In this document: in pieces, positions 1-12,543 of the stretch
Numbering within the stretch: position 1 is the stretch's first letter
How the letters are laid out: each line of letters begins with the position of its first letter
Assembly: GCF_003704095.1 (NCBI RefSeq)
Contig: NW_020845867.1
Location: 62,001-126,000, forward strand
Length of the DNA: 64,000 nucleotides
From: Pocillopora damicornis
Taxonomy: Eukaryota
Direction of reading: 5' to 3'
Position numbers and translations under genes: made by a program
The notes under the pieces: model-generated
Told to the model about the DNA's origin: nothing
The model's database searches: none
Seen by the model: the letters and a program-made list of their open reading frames with translations, nothing else

Positions 1-361
1 GATGAATTATGTGGAAATCTGAAAAAATGCCAGAGGGTAGGGTAGGGAGACAAACAATACCTCCCACCCACTAATCTGTTTCATTTCCAAGATCTAAACA
101 TAAATTCTCTGTACTGCCTGCTATACACTTCTAATCATGTAGTTTATGAGAATTTGGTCTTAAATCAAACAATATCCCCTAAATGATACTTTTTTCTGTC
201 TTGTCACTTTTTTCCTTGGAAAAAGGTGCCTTAGAATCAGAGATAAACTTTGATTTTAAAGGGATTTGCCAATAGGCTTGCAAGATGTCACTGTCCATTG
301 TATGAATTTCTTCCTGCAGTTGTAAAGAAAGACCACTAAAGTGCTTTTTTTTTTTCTGTAG

Positions 362-3300
362 GTAATAGGTTCTCCTGGGCCACATCAAGTTATTACTGTC
401 GGTGGAAGTCCAAGAACACCAACCATGATTGCTGCTCCAATTGTGGCACCGAATACAACAGCTTCATGGACGAGGTAAGTGATACTTGTCAAAGAAAAAA
501 ATGTGATAGAGCCAAGCTTTTTTCAAGGAAAGAATCTGGTCATGTTTGGAACTTTGCCATCTTGATTTTTAAATCCAACATGTTACCAATTATTCAACAG
601 CTCAGGGCAAATAAAATATGATGTACTTATTGACTTAATGGAAGGGCCTGATGGGAAAATATCTGGCTTAGGGTTGTTATCTTGGAACTGAGTGCTGTAA
701 GGTCCATGGTCAACCCTTTAACTCCCAGATCAAATTTGTTATTCTCCTTACTGCCAAACATACAATTCTTACAATGTTAGTTCAGAGAATTTAGTATTGG
801 ATCAACTAATTATCCCCAAATTGCTATTTTTCTTTATTCTCGTCACTTATCTGGTTGATATTTTATTGATATTGTGAGGAGAAATTCTGTCTTGGTCACT
901 CATGGGAATTATAGGGTTAATTAATATGAACAAGAAACCCACAAAAAAGTAGAACTTACATGGTCATTTCTGTTTTATTTTAAGTCATTGTCCACAATTA
1001 GAATTGTTGTTCTTAGTATATGCAACAGCTGTGCCACATGTAGTATTGGGCCAGCTGGCTATGTGGTCATAATGATTTTATCTAGGATGGTGCCTTTAGA
1101 GTTCACAGTTGTCACATGACCAAGAACACAACAGAAAAAATTGGCAACTGTGCCCTTACTCGTAATATATAATATGGTTGAACTTGATGTAATTCCTCAA
1201 GAAAAAAATAGTCATTGAGTGATTTTTTCTTAACTCTCCTTAAATTTTCCTACTTAAAGCTTGTTTGAAAAAAATGCAATGAAAATATGTATAGGTCACC
1301 GTGCTTGTTCAAGAGTTTAAAGACCATGGGACCTCTTTACCTGGTCCATGGATTAAGATACAAAACCATGTTCTCCGAATGCACCTATGCTCATTCCCCT
1401 GAATACTTGATTTTTATGCACAATATTGGATGCGCAGTGCAAAACTGAGGAATCACCTTATAGTTATCTTTGTAGTCATGTGGTTTAAACAAGTGATGAT
1501 ATGACAATAACTGGTTTCCTTTCATTGTAGAGTAAACACAACTCCAAATAGTGGAAAGAAAAGAAGAATGGATTGTTTGGAGAATAGTGACCTACTGGAT
1601 AGTGCAGAAAGGTTAGAGATAAAATAAAGACAGGGTTGTTATTAAGAGTTGTAGAATGATGTGAAGAACGGGGGCATTTTCTCTACATATGACTGGAAAG
1701 TTGCTCAGGGTTTGAAAATTTTGCCTGTGAATTTTGGGCAGTAAACTGGTGAACCCTGTGATCTCTAGTGCTTAATTATTAACACTTTAGAAAAGCATGG
1801 ACAGGAATAGCTACACTTCTGATACCCTGATACAGCTTTTAGTTTGGTTAATTTAGGACGGGAAAAATCTGCACTAGATTGTTACTGCAATCCTGAGTTC
1901 ATTTTTAACTCTTGAAAGTTTAGAGACCATAAGTTTTTAAGACTGATTCTTTTTTCTTCGTGAGTTACTGGAGGCATACTTTGAATGCAAAATTTTATCC
2001 CCTCTCAGAAAACGAGGCAAAAGACTACCAAGTGCAGGTCGCTCAGGGGGTGATAAAAGTGGAAAAGGGCTGAGACATTTCTCCATGAAAGTGTGTGAGA
2101 AAGTTCAGCAGAAAAGAACAACATCCTACAATGAGGTAATCACTTTAACACATTTTACTTAATAGTGAGCAGATGTTTGTCAAAATGGTGTGTAATATAC
2201 TGTATGATTTAACTATATTTCCTTGAATAATCACCTGGCCACTTATCCCAAATTTCAGCTTAAGGGAGGGGCACTTATTGGAAGGAGGGTGCTCAATAGT
2301 GGAGAGCGTTTACTAGGAAACTATTCCATTGTAGTTTAAGCTTAAAAAACCATAAATAAAGTAGCTATGGAAACAGGTTTTCCTTGTATCTCTACTAATA
2401 AACCCTTTAACTCCAAAAATTGGAATGATAATTCTCTCCCCTAGCTGCTACTTATCTCCTTGTAAATTGGTTTGGAGAATTTGGTGTTCAGTCAAGATAA
2501 TATCTTGTACCTGATGAGTTTGAGCAATCTCACAACTTGTTTGCTGGATAATGTATGGATACTACAGGGAGAAGTTACATGGTAATCACCTGAGAGTGAA
2601 GGGCTTAGAAAGTGGGGGAGGAGAGAAAGGAGAGAAGGGGCACTCTTTTGAGTGAGTTGTTTGTTTGATATTTGACCAAGGGTGTGGGTGCCTATTTGGG
2701 GGTGGGAGCTTATTGGAGTATGGGCACCTATTTGAAAAAAATTTGGGATGTTGAGTTTCCTTTAACGTAAGATTATTGCAAATTGATTAATTATTATATT
2801 AATTACCAGTTCATTATGATGAGTGGCCTTTGAATTAGAAATGTCAACTGATTCCTTTTCAGGTTGCTGATGAATTGGTTCAGGAGTTCAGTGATCCTGA
2901 CAAACATCTCTCACCCACGGACCAGGTATATTGCTAATGATAACCACAGTATTTTTGTGATGAATTTTTTTAATAAAAAGTAGATAAGCCAGAGAAGTGT
3001 AAGAAATTCACCGTGCCGTTAAATCTGACAACTTTGAAGTATTTAAGCATGTTAACCCTTTGGCTCCTAGCATCTAGTTTCTCCTTACAATATCACCCCT
3101 GAATCACACATTAGGTTTATGAGAATAAAGAAAAAGATCACCCACTAGGGATGCCCTTAATTGTTAAACAATTTCTCCTTGTCAACAACTGAAGAGCAAT
3201 GCAGATAACAGTATGGAGAATATGCATACTGATGGTGGCATGTAAAAGGCTAAAGGGACACAAAATAGGATGAGATTCATGGAAAAGTGGATGAATTATG

Positions 3301-6300
3301 ATATTTGATACATGAAGGTTTCTGTGGTAGGCCATGCTAGGATTATTGGCCTATTAACACTCTTAGATGCCAAAATAATGATGATGATTGTTCAAACTCT
3401 TTTCAAGAACAACTCAATCTCTGTCAAAGCAATCTGATAGTCTCAATTCGTGTTTTTTTTTTTTTTTTTGGCTATCTATTCTATCAAGAAAAACATTGAA
3501 TTTAGTTGTTTGTGCTTATTTTAAGGCTTATGACCAGAAGAACATCAGAAGAAGAGTATACGATGCATTGAATGTGCTGATGGCAATGAACATCATTTCA
3601 AAAGAAAAGAAGGAAATCAAGTGGGTTGGTTTGCCCACAAACTCTGCACAGGAATGCCAACAATTAGAGGTATGTGTAGAAGAGTTGACCCTTTCTTTAA
3701 AACTAGATAGTGTTCTGGATATGTTTGCATACAGTAAAAAAAATCACAAGGTTATTGTGTAAACCTTAGAAGTTGTTCAAGCAAAGTTTTGCTACATGGG
3801 CAACAATGCATGCTGTAAGGATTTTTATGAGGTGAATTTGACAAAAGTAGGAAGGGTAAATTTTTTGTGACAAAATCATGTGAAAATTTGATGATTTTCT
3901 TGTTTGAAGTGTCTGGAAACTCATTTTTGAGCATCTAAAAAGGTTGATGCAAACATCTCAGAGCTCAACTCAAGCCTTGATCCTCAAGGTTTTTGAGGGA
4001 CTGTCAATTTACTTGTAAATTCCTCCTAAGGCTGGCAGAACACCCTACTGTTAAATCTTAGATGTGTACTCCTTTGTCTTAGCTCACTGAAGGTTCCTTT
4101 TCTATATACACACATATTATATACATTTATATATATATATATATATATATATTGCACAATAGAGAATCATCTAACTGCAAATGAAATCTTTATTTTAGAC
4201 CCAATGCGCAATGTGTTTTGGCTACTGCCTTCATCAGGGGTCTTTTCGTTTATTTCAATAATGCATTCATGTACATATACATATATATATGTATATATTT
4301 ACTCCTATATGCTTAAGTTCTTACCAAAAAATTGTCATCTCAGGAAGAAAAAAGGGAAAGACAAGAAAGAATAAGACAAAAGACAGCTCAATTACAGGAG
4401 CTGATCCTGCAGGTAAGCCAATGCAGTAATGAACATCCTCTTTGCCTAACCCAACTTGACTTTCCTCTAGTCAAACTTATGAAAATGAAGGAACAAGTAG
4501 AATAAAGAAAAGATCTTTATGATGAGGAATTTTTAGTAAGCTCCCTGTTGAATTCCAAAAGCATGTGCTGGAGAAAAAAAGTAAATTATTGTGTTTCCTT
4601 GATCTTTCACTCCTACAAGTGACTAGAATCTAATTTTCCCCACAATCTCACTCTTAACCCTTTAACTCCCAAGATCTGATTATTAATTCTCCCCTCTATC
4701 TGCTACACATTTACTTGTAAATTAGTTGTGAGAATTTGGTGTTAGATCAAGTTAACAACTTCTACCTGATTAGTTTGAGTATTCTCATTACCTGTTTGCT
4801 AAATGATGTAAGTATATTATAGGTCGAGTAGTTTCGTGTTGATCACTTCTGGGAATTAAAGGGTTAAATCAAACCCTAAAAGAAATGATTGTCAACTGAA
4901 GGAACTCCAGACTGTTAAACAAATTCTCCTTTTCTGGATTTTCATAATGATGTCTGGGTACAAAAAGCTAATCCAGAAGTGATTAACAAATAACTTCCTC
5001 GTTAAAATATCAATATTTACCTTGCTGAAAAGGGGTGAGAGTAAATGAACTTACCAGCTACAAGGTGTTAAGTTGATGTAGCATTTAAATTCTCTTTACT
5101 TAATTACAATAAAAGTATAGCAGTTGGAAGAGAGAATTTGATTCCTGTTTGGAAATATGGACCTGGTGTTCATGCTGATTTCTTTTTAATGTAATTTCAG
5201 CAAATTGCTTTTAAGAATCTTGTACAAAGGAACAAACAAGTGGAAAAGGATCAGGGTTCACCAGCTGCCAACACAGCTATCCATCTGCCTTTTATCATTG
5301 TGAACACAAGCAAGAAGACTGTCATTGACTGCAGCATATCAAATGACAAGTAAGAAGAACTAGCTTTGAGTAGTCCTGTTTTGCTATTGCATTGGGTGTG
5401 GGGCATGTAGCACAATGGAACCTGGCAGTGTTTGGGCATTGGTTGTGTCAGTTGGTTCAGTATTTCTCACAATTCAGGAATATTTAACAATTGTTCACTG
5501 AGGGTGTGGTATTATTATATTTGTTTCATTATTCAACAGTCTTCACTGAGCCTGGAATGAATAATTGTTTTAGTATAATTTTGCTTAAGTGCTTTCAAAT
5601 TCTGTTGTAACTTGAAAATTGTTAATTCTTCTACAATTGTTTGGATTACTTGTATCAAGATGAGCAGCCAGTTTCCACTAGAATTTAACAGGTTCATTAA
5701 ATTCCATCATCTCTTTCTTTTGAATAGTGTTATGCCAAACCTGTAGGCATCTTTTGTGGTTTTCAGAATTGTATTTTTTCTATCATGTTTATCACAACCT
5801 GTGTAACATTGACAAAATGTGAGACAGCCATTTTGAAATTTACTGCCCCTGCTATAATCACCTTGTGTTAGGTGATTATAGCAAGATATCATGCAATCCT
5901 CAACCAATCATAGCATGTGCATCTCTACGATCACCAGAGCAATTATACTAAAACTTGGTAACAGCGAACTCAAGGGAGGTGAGGGTAAGGGGGAGGGAGT
6001 GACCTGCAATCCCATTCATGTAAACATGCAATACGTCTACAAATGTAGTTGGTTGATGGTGTGGAGACTGTTGGAAAATTTGGAAGAGTAGGCTACTTGG
6101 CAAGTGTGGTGGCCTTCCTTCAGTTAATTTAGTTTGGTTTGAAATGTAATGTCCAAGTTGTAGTGAAGTGGTAGCAGTGTGATATACCTACCATTAGAAT
6201 CTTAAGATCTTGGTGTAGATTTTCTCAACATGCAAAATTTCTAGATCTTTCTCTGCTATTCACCTAAACAATGATTTCTACTTTTCGGCTAAATGTATGT

Positions 6301-6948
6301 ATAACATTATCATCTTTTTCTTGTTTGCTTGTACCCTTTAGATTTGAGTATCTGTTCAACTTTGACAACACATTTGAAATCCATGATGACATTGAGGTTC
6401 TGAAACGAATGGGTATGTCATTCGGTTTGGAAAAGGGACAGTGTGAGGAGGCAAACCTGCGAACCTCAAGAACAATGGTCCCAAAAGCACTTGAGCCTTA
6501 CGTCATGGGTAAGACTGTGGAAAGGTTTATTTGTGAAGTTAGAATGGAACTATTCTTGGGTTTATTATTATTTTTATTAATCATTATTACTCTTATCTCT
6601 TCGATCACAGTCTTTGCTGGTGGTCTTTTTGTGCATCAGCCTGGTGCAAACCATACACTTAGGGCATTAGTCACTCAACTCAATTATTCTGTTCATACAC
6701 TACACACCTTTCTGAGGATTTGTGCAGATCCCAGCATGGAGATCTTTTGAATCTCTGTCACAGAAGCCATTTCTGATACTTTCTTTATGTTTTCCACCAT
6801 CCCCTTCCTTATTATACCAAGCGCACCAACAACCACAAGGATCACTATGGTTTTCATACGCCACATTCTCTGTATTTCTAGTTCTAGGTCTTTGTACTTG
6901 CTTTTCTTTTCCATTTCCTTATTATTATCATTATTATTATTATTATTG

Positions 6949-6986
<38 letters not shown>

Positions 6987-8039
6987 GTTGTTTTAATACA
7001 CAAGTACCATTTCCTGGAAGTTCTTTACAGTATAACTGTGACCTTGGTCTTGAAATTGCCATGGTGAAGGGCACCATTCTTGGCAAGTTCAAATTATAAG
7101 TGACTGACCTTAAGTCAATGAATAATTTTAATTTTTTTTTCTTAAGCTAATTAAAACCCAAAATACAAACTCAAGAAACCGTGTCCATGGGGAGGCAGCA
7201 GTTACCTTGACCATACCAAGATCCAATTGGATTCATTACTGTGACTCCTTGGATAAAAAAATTGTTATAAAAGGACTTAAAATGTGTTCTTTCTTTTCTA
7301 GATATGGCAAAAACTGGTCCAGTTGGACTTGCTGGAATACTTGGCAATCATGCAACACCCAAGTATGTAATGATGATTTAACCTGTTCACTCACAGGATT
7401 AAAGCATAACTTCTCCTTGCCCTTTTCCAAACATTGCTTTTGGTCTAAGTTCTGAGAATTTAGTGTTAAATCAGTGTTCTCTTGGAGATGGTTTCTTCTT
7501 GTCACCTGACTGCTTGACAATGTGTTAATACTGTAAGAAGGAATTATTTATTGTTCACACTTGGGGCGAAATTGTGTTGCAGACCTGGAGAAAGGCTTTG
7601 ATAACCTCTTACGGACTTTACTGTTAAGAATTAGCCTAAAACATGTGGTTTTGTGTGGGCTTTGTGGTTTTGAGTGGCAAAGCTACAAGAGCTAAAAATC
7701 TGTTTGACTTTTTTTAAATTTCAAAGCAAATCCATGGGGTCTTCAGCTTCTCCGTTGGTTGCAGCCACTACGCGGATGTCACCTCTTCCTGCTCCAAACA
7801 CACCTTCGTCACCACTGGCCACCCCCCTGCCTCAAGGACATGGAACTTCACCTGTACCTACGGCAACCAGCCATACACGGAATCGTACCTCAAGAACATC
7901 ATCTATGGCTAGTGATAGTGGGCCCTCACACCGAACCGCGTCTCCATATTCCTTTCCCTCTTCTCCAGCTTCTGATGCTTCTTCAGAATTATCACAAGAT
8001 GGATTTATGGACACAGACGACACCAACACACACCACTGA
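362..8039 (+). CDS. TFDP1: Transcription factor Dp-1 (E2F dimerization partner), 5'-partial; coding exons 362-474, 1531-1611, 2009-2135, 2863-2925, 3526-3669, 4344-4412, 5201-5349, 6342-6508, 7302-7362, 7727-8039
   Basis: Exons join in frame at AG/GT boundaries and give DP motifs: [65 protein letters not shown] (DEF box), [59 protein letters not shown]. The start codon lies upstream of the window. AATAAA near 8670. Confidence 0.95.
710..920. mobile_element. piggyBac-type MITE (~210 bp), subfamily A
   Basis: Begins (T)CAA-CCCTTTAACTCCC and ends GGGAATTATAGGG-TTAA. Closely similar to the copy at 30675-30886. Confidence 0.75.
2399..2607. mobile_element. piggyBac-type MITE, subfamily B (degenerate), inserted in an older repeat spanning about 2215-2740
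   Basis: AACCCTTTAACTCC...GAGAGTGAAGGGCTTA; interior resembles 4654-4867 and 32794-32983. Confidence 0.65.
3052..3253. mobile_element. piggyBac-type MITE, subfamily C
   Basis: TTAACCCTTT...TGTAAAAGGCTAA; interior resembles 31835-32041. Confidence 0.7.
4198..4242 (-). ncRNA. Degenerate minimal type I hammerhead ribozyme (Penelope-like element remnant) between (TA)n tracts
   Basis: Minus strand reads GACCC-CTGATGA-A-GGC-AGTA-GCC-AAAA-CACATTGCGCATT-GGGTC. Stem I (GACCC/GGGTC), the CUGAUGA core and stem II are intact; GAAA has become AAAA. Confidence 0.6.
4654..4867. mobile_element. piggyBac-type MITE, subfamily B, with perfect TTAA target duplication, nested in an older subfamily C copy (about 4600-4930)
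   Basis: TTAA|CCCTTTAACTCCC...GGGAATTAAAGGG|TTAA. The flanks rejoin into sequence similar to 3052-3253. Confidence 0.8.
6592..6918 (-). mobile_element. 5'-truncated R4/Dong-clade (RLE-type) non-LTR retrotransposon: end of ORF plus 3' UTR, within (TAA)n
   Basis: ORF 6914-6693 reads [32 protein letters not shown], the C-terminal part of a restriction-like endonuclease. About 100 nt of 3' UTR follows. (TAA)n tracts lie on both sides (6562-6590, 6919-6990). Confidence 0.8.
6919..6990. repeat. (TTA)n/(TAA)n microsatellite
   Basis: Read directly from the sequence. Confidence 0.95.
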
Positions 8040-9540
8040 TTTTATCATCAATTAAAGTTTTAGGAGTGTGCGTTTAGGCGATAGAGACAATTATGATATT
8101 ACTTCACTTCCCAAGAGTGAAGTATTTTGGTTTTGGAATGCAATAACTGAACTAAGTTTGTACATTTTACAGGCTTATACTATGAAATGCTTACTACCAT
8201 TTGGTATTAGTTGATGCAAGGCTTTTATAGTTTTCTTTTTTTTTTTTTCAACTTGAACATCCTCTGTGGAATGCTACAGAACATCAACAAGAATGTAGTG
8301 TAGTAAAACATATCCAAACATGTACGTACATTTCGTGAGACAAAAAATGGGAGAAAAATAGTGATGTAGATTAGCGAAGTTTTTGATCTGAGTGAGAAGG
8401 TACTGACCAAAGAGAAGGAGGTAATTTTGATATCAATGTTCTTTGGTGTAGATTTGATAAATAAGGTACAAGTTGCAATTTGTAAGTTTTACATCAATTT
8501 GTTGTGATGGAAACAAATTTGAATGTATATGTTAAAGCATCAAATGGACTTCTACTGTGTAACATGCTCTGTGATGTCGAAGCTTAGTTCACAATTCCTC
8601 ACAGAGCTGGTATAATTTCTGATTTTGTACAGCACCTCGGGCAGAGTGCAAAGATGGGTACAAGGCTGCAATAAATAAAAACAACAAACATGTAAACTTT
8701 ACGTGGTTTTACTTGAATATCATAAATTAGCAGGAACTGCGAGACATCTCAACTTCCTTATTTAGCGGATTCCGTCAAGCGAGTCAAAAAGAAGCGAGGA
8801 GTCAGGGCACGAAACTTCCTGTCCCTCTTCCACTCACAGAGTTCCGCGAGGCGCGCTAGCCAGCATTTTTTGTTTTGCAGTTTTTAGTAGCTTTTTTTAA
8901 ATTCTGCTTTGACAAGTCCATCACATGTTGGGTTTTCTCAAAACCGCCATCCCAACGTTTCGAACAGTTCGTGCAGAGCTCTCGCCCTCGAATCGAAATT
9001 TTACTAACATGGCCAATCTCGAGCACAGGGTCATTTTCAGCGGTATGGTTGCTAAGTTAAGATTGAGCAAAGGTTACCTGTAATCCTAACGAATCCGACC
9101 AACACCAAGCTTATCAGTAGTCTCAGTTTGGGACTGCATTGGTCCCATTCTACGGTAATCATGGGTTGAAGACACAGCGACAAGAGCTAACAATTAACTG
9201 ATTGATCAAATACCGCCAAAAAAGCGAGCCACAGGCTCATTGGTAACAAACTTTATGTCGAACTGATCATATGGGAGAAAGTGAGAGTGAGTTTTGGGTC
9301 CATACCAAAACCTCACTATATGACTAATGTCATACCATGAGGCAAAACAAAGATCTCTTTAATGTGCGTTTTGATTGGCTAAAAACAATGTGCTCTATTA
9401 AACGAAGGTTTATAAATTTGCCGATGTAAACTAAAATGAGAACATGAAAAAGACTGTTCGAGTTTTTGAAGGTTTCGAAGCTTGAACATGGTAAATAAAA
9501 ACACTTAAAGATAGCTAACACTCGTATAGTAGAGTTTTCT

Positions 9541-9752
9541 CTATCTTGTGAAACAGGCGCCAAATTTATTTGGCTTTTTAGGCGAGCGGACGAAGACGCG
9601 CGGGGCGAGACAGCATGAGTGGAGGTTTTTTTGTTTTTTTACTCGCTCTTCCCCTTGTGAAAGTCTCGCCCCTCGCGCTTTCTTCACGCTTGTCACGCGC
9701 AGCCCTCCACTCGCCTGAAAGACACGAAAAGTGGCGCTTGTTCCACAAGCTA
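9541..9752. mobile_element. MITE with terminal inverted repeats
   Basis: CTTGTGAAACAGGCGCCA...TGGCGCTTGTTCCACAAG; a related fragment lies near 36810-36960. Confidence 0.55.
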
Positions 9753-9879
9753 ATGTGCCACAATTCACTGTCCTAGGGTTGACTAAGAACTTCGAAAACC
9801 TTTCAAATAAGAACTCTGTCAAATCTTGAGCTGTGCAAAGTGAGAAAGAACGATGTTAATTCGTGTTGTCTCTGTCTTA

Positions 9880-10105
9880 GTCCGTTCACACATGAGACGA
9901 TTTCGACATTGCTTATCGAAGGTATAAGCAGAATGCGTGTCACATAAAGACGTAGTAGCGTAGCTCGTTGTGGAGTCTCTGTAGCTCAGTGGCAGGGCAT
10001 TAGAGCGCGAAATCCGAAGATTTGATGTACGATTACTGATGAGGACGTAGGGTTTTTTTCTTTGTCCTACACCTGAGACAAGACGAATGAACATCTTCCT
10101 CCAGA
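9880..10105 (+). mobile_element. tRNA-derived SINE (degenerate)
   Basis: A-box-like TAGCTCAGTGG at 9982-9992, degenerate B-box GTACGATTAC, then a non-tRNA tail (TTTCTTTGTCC...GACAAGACGAA). Confidence 0.6.
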
Positions 10106-11332
10106 GCCTTTCAAATTTAATTTACCCTCTCTTTTGCGTTCTTTTAATCTTGTTTTTCGTTCAAGAGGGAGTAATGTTAAGTGGGTTAATTTCTCCATGT
10201 TTTTTCTCCTTCATTGGTAAATTTCATTGCATTATCATGATCTTTGCATTCTTTTGGTTACGCTCCCCTCGTTCAAGCGATTTCAAATTGAGGCCATAAA
10301 TTGTTCTTATTCATTACAGAGATTTACTGCTTTTAAGGATATCAGTTTTTCAAATTTGCTCTTTTCGAGTGTCAGAGTAATTTCCTCGTCACATAGCAGT
10401 CGCCGTAAATTTTTTCTCTTGTCTTGTGCGGTCCGTTACTTACAATGCCCTTCATTTAGCTTGATTCTTGATTAGCTGGCAGGGCGTGCAAACAGAACTC
10501 CACGCCAAACTTGTGACGTAGCAGCAGGTTATTGGGTGCAGTTGTTAATCCATATTCATCAGAAGTTGTGAAATTTTCAGCAGACCACGCCGGTCTGTCG
10601 CACAGTGAAGACGTGCCGTCTGTTGTGCTAAACAAACGCTGCGCTCTGGAAGGAAGGAGACACAGGACCTCAGAAAGGATAGAAACGAAAGCACTTTCAT
10701 GAAACTACAACAAAAGGTGAGCATTGCTTTTTGAAAAATATCACCGTAAGCACCTTCAGAGATCTAAACGAGACGTCTTATCTCCGTTCAACGACGTAGC
10801 ATGAATCAGTTGCTCGGTCTAAGTGGTTCCTCGACTAAGAATTTCACTGAATTACAGTGTTGGCTTCGAGAAAAGCAGAGCAATGATTCTAGGATATTTT
10901 TAATGAAACGTTCGAATAAAAATGTTTTGCGTGCTAGCAATCTATCGATGACCTCATTTTGTATTTGAATGCTACCACGTGGAGGTGTGACGAGTCTTCT
11001 TCAGTGGCATTTACTTCATTTCAAATAACATTTACAAAAATGGTTTTGATGATTTCCTTTTTTCTTTAGCTGCGTCAGAGGCAAAAAACAATTTTTTAAT
11101 TTTCGTCCTCATGGAAAATAACATTCCCTGATCACGTCCGTATTTACAACTTTCAGGAAGAGCAATGACGTCAGAGGAGAGAGGATCAAAAGTTCTGGTC
11201 AAGAGAAGACTTTGGAGTCACTGAATTCTTATTGGATACTGCAAAGATAAGAACTTTTACAACATCTTGTAATACCAGCAAAAATGGTGGCTCCTTAAAT
11301 ATCTAATTGTACGAAGTCTTCGCTCTTTCAAC

Positions 11333-11553
11333 AACAGGCCATTCTACAGTTGTGTACTTAGTTACCAAGTCTTTGATTTGGAGCAAGGCTGAAGGTGACC
11401 ATGTTGTGATAGGGACTAATATCTAGTCAGCATGATAACAAAGTAATTTATATTTGAAAAGCAGCAAGGTTTGTATCATAACAAGGTCATCCTTTGCCTC
11501 ACTCCTGTTCAAAGGCTTGGCAACCAAGCACACCACTGTGAAATGGACTATTG
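11333..11553. mobile_element. MITE (~220 bp) with ~35-bp imperfect TIRs
   Basis: CAACAGGCCATTCTACAGTTGTGTACTTAGTTACC versus the reverse complement of the right end, CAATAGTCCATTTCACAGTGGTGTGCTTGGTTGCC. Confidence 0.7.
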
Positions 11554-11886
11554 TCTTGGCATGAATCGACCTGATTACATGATAAGTGAATAGTGCTCAC
11601 TTAGCCACCATTTTTGGAATAGCTGGTTGTGTTACTGATTGTTATGCAGACCGTGAGCGATCATTTGATTTATTCGAGCTACCCGTTACAATTTGGTGTA
11701 ATTAATCTCAGATAATCTGGTTGCATTGAATTAGGGTTAGAAAAGACTGGAAACTGATATAATTCTGGCTACGGGAAAACTGACATTAAATGATCAATTT
11801 CGGAGCTTTGATCGCTCATTTCTTTGGTTTGGTTAGCAGTTAGTACCACAGTTATATCCTAGTTGATGTCACGCCAAGTTGGTATA

Positions 11887-12543
11887 TTAAGGTGGCACTC
11901 CAACAAATTCGGCCAGACAAAGAGCAAATGGGATTCAACATTAAAATTTTTTGACGAGTTTTAATTTTTTGCATGCTTTTTTAAGTCAAAAATCACATTG
12001 ATGAGCACCATCGACTTGCACAATCTTCAAAGACTGACTTTGAAAGCTAGTTTACAACAGAAGACAGTAACTATCAGCTCTTGATAAACGGCGGCTTTAA
12101 AAAACCCTATGCGATCACCAACCAACAAAACAGAACAAACTAACCTTAAAGAATGATCAAAACTGACTTATCAACGGACGAACGCTGTTTGAGTCTGAAA
12201 GCCACTTTACTGCAGAACTGATCAATCATCAGTCTTGCAAACCAAAGTTGTATCGTTCGACTTGTAAAAGTAATTGTTCCCTCGACTCTGATGACTTCTG
12301 CTCAGGCAGACTAGTTTTGACAACCAACCTTTTCATGCAGGAATTCTCTGACCTGGACGATCGTACTTCACGACTGACAACTGAATTATTCCAGGAATAA
12401 AAGTTGGCTAATACATATTATGCAATAGAAAATTCATTCTCGGCATAAACTGAATTAAACTGGAAATTTAAGAACCTTTTATTCCAAAAAGGAAGTATTT
12501 GTTTTTATACACGAAGCAAGAATTTAGTAAAGTGCCATCTTAG
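11887..12543. mobile_element. Possible non-autonomous TTAA-targeting DNA transposon (Kolobok-like), containing a decayed Penelope-type fragment near 12280-12380
   Basis: TTAA-GGTGGCACTCCAACAAATTC...GAATTTAGTAAAGTGCCATC-TTAG imperfect TIRs. Confidence 0.4.

Noticed and set aside
6722-7099. Poly-Tyr and poly-Leu ORFs resembling membrane proteins
   Set aside because: Translations of the (TTA)n microsatellite and the antisense strand of the retrotransposon fragment.
9975-10050. Possible tRNA gene
   Set aside because: A-box is present, but the T-arm/B-box is degenerate, no acceptor stem forms, and it continues into a SINE tail.
10699-10722. ATG AAA CTA CAA CAA AAG|GTGAGC as a first exon
   Set aside because: No convincing downstream coding exons were found.
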